DNA of 64,000 nucleotides from Nitrospirales bacterium (GTDB lineage Bacteria; Nitrospirota; Nitrospiria; Nitrospirales; UBA8639): NCBI GenBank assembly GCA_965203295.1, contig CBDBCZ010000017.1, positions 448,001 to 512,000 of the forward strand, read 5' to 3'. Shown piece by piece: positions 1 to 11,050 of this stretch (position 1 is its first letter; each line of letters starts with the position of its first letter). The notes under the pieces were generated by a model. It saw only the letters and a program-made list of their open reading frames with translations, ran no database searches and was not told where the DNA came from. The position numbers and the translations under genes were made by a program.

Positions 1-1322
1 TAACTTCCTTTAGTTCAGGATGTGTGACAGCCTCCCACCTGTTGATTAGGGTTGTGCATACCCACATACCAGAATGCAACATTACTGTGTATCACCTGGG
101 ATATGGGATTCACCATTACATAATTATTTCCTTGAGAGCAAGTCTGGCTCAGTGGGGGTGCATATAGCGTTAAAGGTGCACAGTATATAGTTATTTTGAA
201 TAAATCACATGCACACATCTCATCAAAGGCAATTGCATTGTCAATGTATTCAGATGTACCATATTTTATTATTGAGGACATAAACCTGCATTTATCATTT
301 CCATGCTAATTCATATAACCAAGCCTACAAAAATTCACCTGCTAGATGGCATGGGATGGCACTTGGAATAGTGAAACATAAAAGAATTAATTTAAAAGAC
401 TATATAGGCACAGCTTAAGCAGTGAACAAACTTGGAAGCACACTATGCGCATACACACACACTCCTTCACTACAAGTACAATAAAATTATGTACTAGGAC
501 ATGTAAATAATAGCTAAAGGTATACATCAGATCATGTCCGCAGAAGAGTAAAGACCTAGCCTCAACATGCAGGTGACTGTATATTGTACTGTTTGCATGG
601 TACCATATAGAGGTGACTCTATATGGTACCATTTGCATGCATGGGCTACTCAGTGACTTGCGAGGGATCCGCCTGCATGGCCCACCCCTTGTAAAATTAT
701 CAAAAGACTCGCTTAAAACTGTCTGATCTACTGTAACAGTCTCACAGGACCAGACTATACTGCATGATATATAGACTCCACAACACCAATAGTCTCAACA
801 TCATTTGATGACTATAGTGCTTTTTTGACTAGTATCACAAGGAGTTTTGAAACTGAAGTAGCTAATTCTCTGTAGATCTTATAATTAGAATGGCAGTGGT
901 CTTTTTATAGAGTGTGAGTTCAAAATAGTGTTGATGCGTGTGTACTACATGCACACCCAAACAGCTTCCTGGGTGTGGTACACGAATCAAAATTAACATG
1001 TGTCCTCCCATCCCTTAACATGCATACACCCTTAATACTGCTGTACTGTCTTGATACTTCTTAATGAAGACATATTTGTCACTCGTACATTAGCTACAGA
1101 TATTCTCTTTAATTAAACACAAGAACTGTCAATCGTATTAAAAATGACATAATACACTGCATGATATATTCAGCGAAGATGATTATACATGCAATGCCAT
1201 ATACTTAAGTGTATAGGAAGCAGCAGCTATCTTAATTGTTTTCACATCTTACAGTTTAGCCACAAACATTACGTAAATGCAATAGTTCAATCTCTTTCTT
1301 CTTGCATGCCCATAGTTTTCAA

Positions 1323-1926
1323 TCACCACGGGCCCATAACTTCAGGTTCTTCATACACATAATCCATTTCATCGATCTCAGCCAGCTGTTCAAACACTTC
1401 TTCTTCTGCAGCTCTCGCTGCCCTCCGACCAGGTGGTCCCCTCGATCCAGCGGATCCAGGACGACCCCTCGCACCAGGGGGTGGGCCAGGTGGTCCAATT
1501 GGTCCTGGTCTTGGAGTACCAGGTGTTCGAGGTCTGGTATTGGTGCAGACACAGAACAGACGGCCTGCCCTGCGATTAAACCTGCACTCTCCATTCCTGT
1601 AGCCATTTCTTGAACACGCTATAGCGCATTCAACTGGATCATGATCTGTAGCATATTAAGAGATAAATACCAACTCAGTAATTATTATGTAAAGCATTGG
1701 TATTAAAAGCTTATACACATTAAATTATCAATTACCTATAACAACAACTTTACAGTAATGTAAACAGACAGCCAGCTGCATTCCGCAGGCTTCCAACTTG
1801 TCCATCGTAACCTTAAGAGCATGCTTTAGCTATCACTTAATTACCGCAAACTCCCTTGGAGGATTCTGCCAATGAGACAATTGCCAGCACCACAGCTGTA
1901 GCCAAGAGAATGATGGCAGCCTTCAT
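1323..1926 (-). CDS. Secreted CSalpha-beta defensin-like precursor with collagen-like segment and acidic tail, type A (134 aa)
   Basis: Exon 1 is 1926-1845, followed by a phase-1 GT-AG intron 1844-1646 and exon 2 at 1645-1323 (TGA). Translation: MKAAIILLATAVVLAIVSLAESSKGVCDHDPVECAIACSRNGYRNGECRFNRRAGRLFCVCTNTRPRTPGTPRPGPIGPPGPPPGARGRPGSAGSRGPPGRRAARAAEEEVFEQLAEIDEMDYVYEEPEVMGPW. It has a hydrophobic signal peptide and CxxxC/GxC/CxC motifs. Frame and splice sites are conserved in all five copies. Confidence 0.9.
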
Positions 1927-1992
1927 TTTGGTAGTTTCTTCTTGGATGTATATACGTTGTCAGAAGATGCTCGGTGACTAGAGAGGAGCTGC

Positions 1993-1999
1993 TTTTATA
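1993..1999 (-). promoter_or_regulatory. TATA box of defensin-like gene A; equivalents at ~5961-5967, 11623-11629, 15594-15600 and 22328-22334
   Basis: TATAAAA in the context CTATAAAAGCAGCTCCTCTCTAGTCAC, ~60-70 nt upstream of the ATG, identical in all five genes although A/B flanks diverge. Confidence 0.75.
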
Positions 2000-3588
2000 G
2001 GTAGAGCTAAGGCTTATGGCAATAAGGATTCTGTTACAGTAGGTGTAGGATATTGTGGCCACTAATTAAACCTTGTTGTCATTCAACTTGGTTTCACTAT
2101 AGTTTGATAGATCACTGCTGGCTTCCTGATTGCCTTTATAAGGCAACTTCATCAGCTACATGTGGGATACCACCTAGAACTGGTTGAAAGCACAAGAAAA
2201 GATTCAGTATTTCCCCAGCATGACACTGTAAAGTAAACATGTAGGTGTTTATTTGTCTTAATGTATGGCTGTTTACACATATTAGCTAAATAGAAGAACT
2301 TCAAATATCCTGTCTCTGAAGTATGAGTGGGTGCCGGGATTCACTGTCAGGTGTTCAATTTTGTGAGAAATATCGTCATCAGAGGTCTTGTTGTTTAACT
2401 TTAATGTGTGCAACCTCCCATCTGTTGCATGCACGTGACTGTTTACATACTAAATAGAAGAACTTTTCTCTGAATGATGAGTGGGTTGATTCAGGGGTGT
2501 CGAACTTCCTTTTTACTATAGAACGTGTGGTAACCTCCCACCTTCTGATTAGGGTGTGTTTGTTTATGCATACTCACATACAGGAACTCTGTATCACAGA
2601 AACTGCATGTGTCTCACAGGGGTGGATGATTAATATTATACCCATGCATGTGACTCTATACCACGCTTTTTAGTTTACTTGTGATTCACTCTTGCTACCC
2701 TGAGAGTCAGTATAAGGCTGGCTCAGCGGGTGCTAGACTAAGTCCAGCTCGATAGACTAAATGGGTACACGTGCATAATATTAAAGGTAGCTAACATACT
2801 GAAATTTATCAAAGGCAGTTGCAGCTATGTGTGCAGCAATACAATTATGACTAAACTAAGTGTATAGCATTCATCATAAATCTACATACATTATTGCTAT
2901 TTCCAGTAACATTTATCACCCCTGCATGTGAAAAAAATGTATCTACTACATGCAGGTATGCTTTGAGCTTGGGGTAGTAACAGTGAAACATAAAATGACT
3001 ACCCAAAGTTTGAGATACTGAGTAGAGTAGACCAGGTATGATATAGCTTATCAATCAGCTGGAACTATGGTTGAAAAGTACAAAAAACAGCTTCAGTACC
3101 TCCCCCAGCATGTATAGTTAAACTATAGTGGCAGAGGAACTGGATAATTTATGACTGAAAAATGTTGATTAAGGTTGTACTACCATACTCACATGCAAGA
3201 ATGTATCACCTGGGATATGGGATTCATCATTACATATTACTTCCTTGAGAGCAAGTCTGGCTCAGTGGGTGCATAGCGATAACGTGCACAGTGTTAAATT
3301 ATTTCGAATAGTATCACATGCACATATTTCCTCAAAGGCAATTGCATTGTCAATGTAAACAGATGTACCATATTTTATTAGGAAAACAATACCACAGTAT
3401 TCACTGCATTTATCGTTTTCAATATTTAATTCGTATCACCCAGCACACAAATTACCTACTAGCTGGCATATGCATGGGATGGCACTTGGAATAGTGAAAC
3501 TATACGCATGCATACACACACACAGTCACTCCTTTACTACAAGTAGACTATGAATAAAAATATGTAGGACATGTAAATAATAACTTAA

Positions 3589-3723
3589 CTCTTTCCCAGC
3601 CAAGTTACATCCATAAGGGTAATGTGAATTTATATTGGCCTTTTTATATTAGGTGTTAATATAGAGTACATGATTTTTTCTATTTTATATGGGCACATAA
3701 ATGTGCCCATGGCGTTCAAAGAG
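3589..3723. mobile_element. piggyBac-like MITE with TTAA TSD; copy at 13226-13360
   Basis: TTAA-CTCTTT...AAAGAG-TTAA with an internal palindrome ATGGGCACATAAATGTGCCCAT. Paralogous empty sites at ~510-520 and ~6855-6868. Confidence 0.7.
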
Positions 3724-5352
3724 TTAAGGTACATCAGGTCAGGTCCGCAGAAGAGTAAAGACCTAGCCTCAACATGCAGGTGACTCTATACCTGCACTGG
3801 AACATTTGCATGGATCACTCCATGATTTGCAAGTAGTGGTCCGCCTGGTTCACCCCCCCGTGAATTTATCAAAAGGCTCACTTGGACTGTCTGGACTACA
3901 GTCTCACAGGACCAGACTACTGTGTCTGGCATCAAAGGTGCATGGCTATAATAATAGTATATATAGTCACCGTACTAACTATATCTGGACCAAGGGGACT
4001 GGCTGATCCACCTTGTCATGCAAGGGAAGAGGAGAACTGTACATGTGCCAGTGTGCAGTAGCTAGGTGCTGCAGTAGCTGGCTAACTTGGATGAAAACGG
4101 GACTGTGCATGAAGAACCTAGCTACATGGCATGCAGTTACCAGGAGCTTGTGAGTGGCCAAGCCGGGCTTGAAGTCATCCCGTATCCCGAGACCCAGATA
4201 ATATTTTCTTCTGTAAGCAGTTATACATGTTCAGTCCAATGGAGAGGTCATGCTGGTGAGTATACTGAAGCTTTTTGCAGCTCCAGATGGTATCCCATGC
4301 CACATGCATGCATTGTACCTGTAGTCGATTGTTTGTATTCACGTAGGCTAAACCTTGCTGTCCCGGCTTCTATTCACAAGCGACTTCACTGAATGTGTTA
4401 CGTGTAGGATGACTCCTCACAATTTGTGGGATGCTGTTTCCTGTAAGCCTAATAAGGCAAGTTGCATACAGTCAACTACACGCCCATGGCATGGGATACC
4501 ACCTGGAAGTAGTTGAAAAGCACATGCAAGAAAAGATACTTAATAAGCTTCAGCACTTCGCCCAACATGTATAGTGGTTTATATACACATGACTGAGCAT
4601 CCATGACTGCTTTAATTTGTAAAAAGTTCTTTGTGTCTCTGGATACTGGATGGAATCAAGCCTGCATGTAATGCTCATGTTAGTACTAAAAATTATGTGT
4701 GGTATCCTCCTACAAGTTACAGATACGTATTATGCTAATTTAGGGTTCATGGTTTAGCTAAAACTATACAGGACCAAATTGGGAATTAGCTACAGCTACA
4801 TGTATACAGGTGCCCACGCAACAGAAAACCATGTACATACGTGTACATGCATATGCGTACAGATCATGGCATACTGCTGCACCTATATATAGACTCTACA
4901 ACACCAATAGTCTTAACATCATGACATTTGATGACTATGGTGCTTTTTGATTAGCTATAGTACCACAAGTAGTTTAGAAACCGAAGTAGCTATTATACTC
5001 TTAGATCTTAGAATGACAGTGGTCTGTATATAGAGTGTGAGTTTAAAGTGTTGATGCGTGAGTACAACATGCATGCACACCCAAACAGCTTCCTGGGTGT
5101 GGTACACAAATCATGAGTCAATATTAAGTCCAGTTCATGTGTCTGCGGTGTCCCTTGCATGCATATATAGCTACAGATATACTCTTTAATTAAACAAATG
5201 CAACTGTTAAAAAATGATCAAGAACATTGATACACAGACAAGATAATAACAATGCAGTACATTAGTGTAGGATGCAGCAGCTATGTTTATACATCTTTCA
5301 GTTTAACCACATATTATGCAATAGCTTCCTCTTGCAGGCACATAGTTTTCAA

Positions 5353-5900
5353 TCACCACGGGCCCATGACTTCAGGTTCTTCATACACATAATCCATTTC
5401 ATCAAACTCAGCCAGCTGCTCAAATACTTCTTCTTCTTCTGCAGCTCTCCGACCAGGTTGTCCCCTCGGTCCAGCCGTTCCAGGACGACCCCTCGTAGGG
5501 GGACCCGGTGGGCCAGGTGGTCCTATTGGTCCAGCACCAGGAGTACCCGGTGTTCGAGTACCCGGTGTTCGAGATCCGCTATTGGTGCAGATACAGAACA
5601 GACGACCTGCCCTGTGATTAAACCTGCATACTCCACGCCTGTAGCCCTTTCTTCCACACCCTATTGCGCATTGAGCTGGTCCGTAATCTGCAGCAATACA
5701 GAATAACCAACACAGGAATGATCCATAGATATTAAACACATTTCAATCTTGATTACTATCATAATTAGCTATAGCTGTAAGTATGATATTAAGAGTGTAT
5801 ACACATATTATCACTCACCGCAAACACTCTTGGAAGACTCTGCCACTGAGACAATGGCCAACACCACAGCTGCAGCCAAAAAGATGATGGTAGCCTTCAT
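5353..5900 (-). CDS. Secreted defensin-like/collagen-like precursor, type B (138 aa)
   Basis: Exon 1 is 5900-5819 (MKATIIFLAAAVVLAIVSVAESSKSVC, donor G|GTGAGT). Exon 2 is 5687-5353 (DYGPAQCAIGCGRKGYRRGVCRFNHRAGRLFCICTNSGSRTPGTRTPGTPGAGPIGPPGPPGPPTRGRPGTAGPRGQPGRRAAEEEEVFEQLAEFDEMDYVYEEPEVMGPW) and lies within track ORF 5353..5739. Confidence 0.9.
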
Positions 5901-6495
5901 ATTGGTAGCTTCTTATGTTGCTGCAGCTAGGAAGATGCTCAGTGACTAGAGAGGAGCTGCTTTTATAGTGGTAGACAGATAGCTACCTATAAGGATTCTG
6001 TGGATATATTATGTGGTCAAATTAAACCTCAGGATCCTTTAAACTAGTGATGCCCCCCCTGCCAGTTTCCTGTAAGCCTAAGGTAAGTACATGACTATGA
6101 ATGATACTATTAGTAGCACTACCCAGAACTGTTTGAAAAGCCGAAGAAAACCTTTAGTACTTCCTCAGCAGTTTACGACTGAATATAACTGTTTACACAT
6201 TATAGCTAAATAGAAGAACTCTAGATTTCCTGTCCCTGAATTGTGAGTGGGTTGGTTCAGGGGTATGAAGAGTTCAATTTTGTGACTCAGGAATCTCTAT
6301 AGGTCTTATGTTGTTGCTGTATAACTTCCTTTAATTCAGGATGTGTGACAACCTCCCACCTGTTGATTAAGGTTGTGCATACTCACATGCAAGAATGTAT
6401 CACCTGGGATATGGGATTCACCATTACATAATTATTTCCTTGAGAGCAAGTCTGGCTCAGTGGATGCATAGTATTAAAGGTGCACAGAATATAAT

Positions 6496-6535
6496 CATAG
6501 ATAATATATACCTCCGGAAGTATATATTATCTATG
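6496..6535. mobile_element. 40-bp palindromic mini-MITE (CATAGATAAT termini, 7-bp TSD ATATAAT); copy at 16129-16168
   Basis: CATAGATAATATATACCTCCGGAAGTATATATTATCTATG flanked by ATATAAT on both sides; absent from the paralogous sites at ~185-205 and ~3290-3315. Confidence 0.75.
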
Positions 6536-8764
6536 ATATAATTATATCACATGCACACATTTCATCAAAGGCAATTGCATTGTCAACGTATTCAGATGTA
6601 CCATATTTTATTATTGAGGACATAAACCTGTATTTATCATTTCCATGCTAATTCATATAACCCAGCATATGCGTATACAAAATTTCACCTGCTAATGGGA
6701 TGGTACTTGGAATAGTGAAACATAAAAGAATTAATTAAAAGGCTATTGTAATATAGGCACAGCTTAAGCAGTGAACAAACTTGGAAGCACGCTTTGCACA
6801 TACACACACACACTCCTTTACTACAATAAAATAAAAATATGTAGGACGTATAAATAAAAGCTAAAGGTATACATCAGGTCAGGTCCGCAGAAGAGTTACT
6901 AAAGACTCAACATGCAGGTGACTCTATGTTGCACCATTTGCATGCATGGGCCACTCAGTGACTTGCAAGGGGTCCGCCTGGTCCACCCCTTGTAAAATTA
7001 TCAAAAAGTCTCGCTTAGAACTGTCTGGACTACAGTCTCACAGGACCAGACTATACTGTGTCTGGCCAATAGGTAGCTAGTCATGGCATACTGAACTATT
7101 GCAAGCAGAATGGCTGCGTGGTCCACCCAGTGAATCCATGATCAGACACCGCGGTTACTATTATTTCATCACGTAGGTATATAGGCAAATGTTCACTCTT
7201 GTAATTATACATGTAGGAAACAACCTAAAAGGTGTTGACCACCTATAGCTACTATCAAGAAGCACACGAGCCCATGCACATGCATGTGCTCCTGTCCTTG
7301 ATTGTTAGAGAAAGAGGAACTGTGCCAGTGTGAAGTAGCTATAGGTACTGGAGCTATAGTAACTGGCTAACATAGATGAAAATGTGACTGTGTAATTATG
7401 AAGAACCTATACACGGCGTGCAGTCATGCAGTGTTTTCAAGCGTGCTCACTGCTTTAGCTGTACCTAGCCTTTTACTATTCCAAGTGCCATCCTAAGCTC
7501 AAGCATGCATGTAATTCTTTACATAAAATTGGTGATATGAATTGGCTATTGGAAATGATTAAATGCAGTGAATGTTGTTTTCCTAAGTATGGCACAGCTG
7601 AATACATTACTGATGCGATTTCATTTAATGAAATGATGTGCTTGCAATTCAGAATGACAATATATTGTGTGCTTTTAACGTTATGCAACCACTGAGCCAG
7701 ACTTGCTCTCAAGAATGTGAGTATGCACAACCTTAACCAACAGGTGGGAGGTTGTCACACATCCTAAACTAAAGGAAGTTATACAGCAACAACATAAGAC
7801 CTATAGAGATTCCTGAGTCACAAAATTGACAGTCTTTATTTCCCTGAACCAACCCACTCATAATTCAGGGACAGGATATAGTTCTTCTATTTAGCTATAA
7901 CATGTAAACAGTCACATTCGGTCATAAACCGCGCTATACATCCTCAGGAAGTACTGAAGCTTTTCTTGTGCTTTTCAACCAGTTCCAGGTAGTATCCCAC
8001 AATGTCATACATATCTATATTGCCATAAAAGGCAATGACATAAGCATTGCATGCAGGGTTGAATCCATCCTGTATCCAGAGACACAAATAAAGCTTCTTC
8101 TATTTACGTAAGCAGTCATGGATGCTCAGTCATGTGTAAACCGCTATACACATTGGGGGAAGTGCTGAAGCTTTTCGTGTGCTTTTCAACCACTTCCAGG
8201 TGGTATCCCATGCCACGTGTAGTTGACTGTATACATTTGCCTTATTAGGCTTACAGGAAACTGTATCCCAAACCGTGAGGAGTCATCCTACACTTAACAA
8301 TACATTCAACGATTCGCTTGTGAATAGAGTCTGGGACAGCAAGGTTTAGCCTACGTGATCAACTACACGTACATGCATGAGGACCACCTGGAGCTGATTA
8401 AGTGAAGTTCCTGTACTTCCCCAGCATGTATAATTACAGGGCAGGCTATATTTTTAATTTATATTATATTTTATTTATAAAAGAACTTTATTATCTCGGG
8501 TCTCAGGTTACAGGACGAATTCAAAATTAATCCCGACTCAATTTGCTGCTCATAAGCTCCTGGTTTGCATGGGCCCATGTATACGTATACACACACACTC
8601 TTGTAAGCTATAGGTAGAAAAGAATATGCATAGGAAGTATAAATATTAGTTAATATTAAAATGCACATGTCAGGTCCGCAGAAGAGTAAAGACTTAGCAT
8701 CAACATGTAGGTGACTCTATACCTGCACTGGACCATTTGCATGGGCCACTCCGTGACCTGTGAG

Positions 8765-8940
8765 GTGTCCCCCCAGGATCCGTGCGACTAGCTCACTCGA
8801 CTGAGCCAGAGAGCCGAGGTAGGCAGCTGGTGCGTGCAGGGAGGCCCTCCTGAGGTTGAGACCACCCCTGGAGTTTGGGAGAGAAGCTTTCAACCAGGAC
8901 CACTCGGAGAGGGGAGAACCAGCTAAATCAGACAGAGCAT
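8765..8940 (-). mobile_element. Fragment of CRE-clade non-LTR retrotransposon (post-RT thumb region); copy at ~18405-18590
   Basis: Translation WLKASLPNSRGGLNLRRASLHAPAAYLGSL resembles the W-x-(Q/K)A-x-LP-x3-GGL-x2-R-x-A motif of CRE-type RLE retroelements. Confidence 0.6.
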
Positions 8941-8996
8941 CACGCATGCACGGTATTATCGAAGACCGCCGCAGCCTGTTCGATGTGGCTCAGAGG

Positions 8997-9423
8997 TAGG
9001 CTTGGGCGGATTATGCCGGCATAATTTTGGGAATAATAGGCACTAAGAAGCATCGAGAATAAATGCGGGAATAATAGGGCGGTTTTCGGGAATAATGCGA
9101 ATCTTGAACGGAAATATTCGGAGTAGATCTCGCCCACCACAATCTCTGCATGCGTTTATGGCGTCTAGCAGTGGTTCTGAAGGGAGAATGGCTGGTCTAC
9201 AGCATGCAAATTAATTTTATTCCAACATGCTGTGCTTCAATAGTGATAAATAGCGTCACAAGCCAGTCAGCGACCGAAGAGAGTGTTACCGGTACATACG
9301 CGAATATTTGGGGGATTTTAGTGGGATTAATGCGAGACTGATAATATGTAGTTACTCGGGCAGTTTTGTGAGAATAGGGGAATAGAATTATAGGTAGCTT
9401 TTTGAGCATAATCCGCCCAACCC
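8997..9423. mobile_element. hAT-like MITE; sister copy ~18635-19013
   Basis: Terminal inverted repeats (TIRs) TAGGCTTGGGCGGATTATGC / GCATAATCCGCCCAACCC(TA). The 8-bp flank CTCAGAGG lies left of copy 1 (8989-8996) and right of copy 2 (19014-19021). Confidence 0.7.
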
Positions 9424-11050
9424 GCCCAACCGGTTACGTTATTTACGGGATGCTGGCTACGTAAACGGGACAACGTTTCTTATCCGGTTGCGTATCCGGT
9501 CAGGTTGGATATCCGGTTTTCTGTTGTTGTTTTTTTTTCTTTCTGTTGTTGTTGTTGGTTTATTGGTTTGTTTGTTTGTTTACTTATATTCATTGCTTTT
9601 TTTATAATTTTTTTTCCTTATTAGCTAATGCTTGCACGTACGTCAATTAGTAATACCTTTATGGCTTGTATCCGTTATGTAACCGGACAGCCGGTTACAT
9701 AACAGGACAGCCGGTTATGTAACAGGATGACAGTCACGTGTCCGTGCGGAACATATTCACTTGCTCTATATAATTCTGGGAATTAAGTACTAAAGTGTGC
9801 TTTTCAATCAGTTCCAGGTGGTATCCCACATGTAGTTGATTGTATTATGTATTAGGCTTGCCTCTACTTGATCTAATAGACCTTGCTGTCCTAGACTCAA
9901 TTCACAAGCGACCTCACTGGATGTAGTTAAAGTTTTAAGTGTAGAATGACTCCTCACAGTTTGGAATACAGTTTCCTGTAGCTAAGCCCAATAAGGCAAA
10001 TGCAACTAGCTACACGTGGCATGGGATACCACCTGGAAGTGGTCGAAAAGCCTCAGCACTTCCCCCAACATGTATATTGGTTTACACATGACTGCTTGAG
10101 CATCCATGACGGCCTACGCAAATAGAAGAAGCTTATTTTGTATCTCTGGGTACAGAAGGATTCAACCAGCATGCAATGCTTTTGCATGTCACTGCCATTT
10201 ATGGCAATATTGATATCGGGGTTATAGTGCTGTAAATTATGTGTAATATTCTCCCACCATGCAGTTACATTTACGTTCGTGGTTTATAAATATATACTGG
10301 ACCACCTATACTATATGTAGCTACATGCAGGCCAACTGTTGGTTATTTAGCATTCATGATCATGCAGCCAAATTGGCTCAAGCAGGAACTTCCTGTTTGA
10401 GCGAGGTTATAGATGTCTTAGTGTAGACTGAGTCATGAGCATGCGTACTTATGAGCACAGATCTTGGCACACTCCTACACCTATGTAGACTCTACAACAC
10501 CAATAGTCTGAACATCATTTGATGACTGTAGTGCTTTTTTGACTAGTATCACAAGGAGTTTGAAAATGAAGTAGCTAATACTCTCTAGATCTTATAATTA
10601 GAATGGCAGTGGTCTTTTTATAAAGTGTGAGTTCAAAAGAGTGATGATGCGGTGTGTACAACATGCACACCCAAACAGCTTCCTGGGTGTGGTACACAAA
10701 TCAAAATTAGGTCCAGCTCATGTATCCTCCCATCCCTTAATTGAATTACATGCATACACCCTTAATACTGCTGTACTGTCTTGATACTTCTTAATGAAGA
10801 CATATTTGTCACTCGTACATTAGCTATAGATATTCTCTTTAATTAAACACAAGAACTGTCAATCGTATTAAAAATGACATAATACACTGCATGATATATT
10901 CAGTGAAGATGATTATACATACAATGCCATACATAAGTGTATGAAGCAGCAGCTATCTTAATTGTTTTCACATCTTACATTTTAGCCACAAATATTACGT
11001 AGATGCAATTATTATAGTTCAATCTCTTCTTGCATGCCCATAGTTTTCAA

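Noticed and set aside
1326..1365. Resemblance of DYVYEEPEVMGPW to CCK/gastrin DYMGW
   Set aside because: The spacing differs and there is no C-terminal amidation signal; probably coincidental.
1302..1613. Track ORFs 1302..1613 (+), 1319..1606 (-), 1841..2062 (-), 5272..5706 (+), 5749..5949 (+) and their duplicates
   Set aside because: Antisense or off-frame shadows of the spliced defensin-like genes.
5353..5739. Structural collagen gene, or a single-exon 128-aa protein starting MFNIYG
   Set aside because: There are only ~9 interrupted triplets and no NC1/COLFI domain. The first 17 codons are intronic; the conserved signal-peptide exon is upstream.
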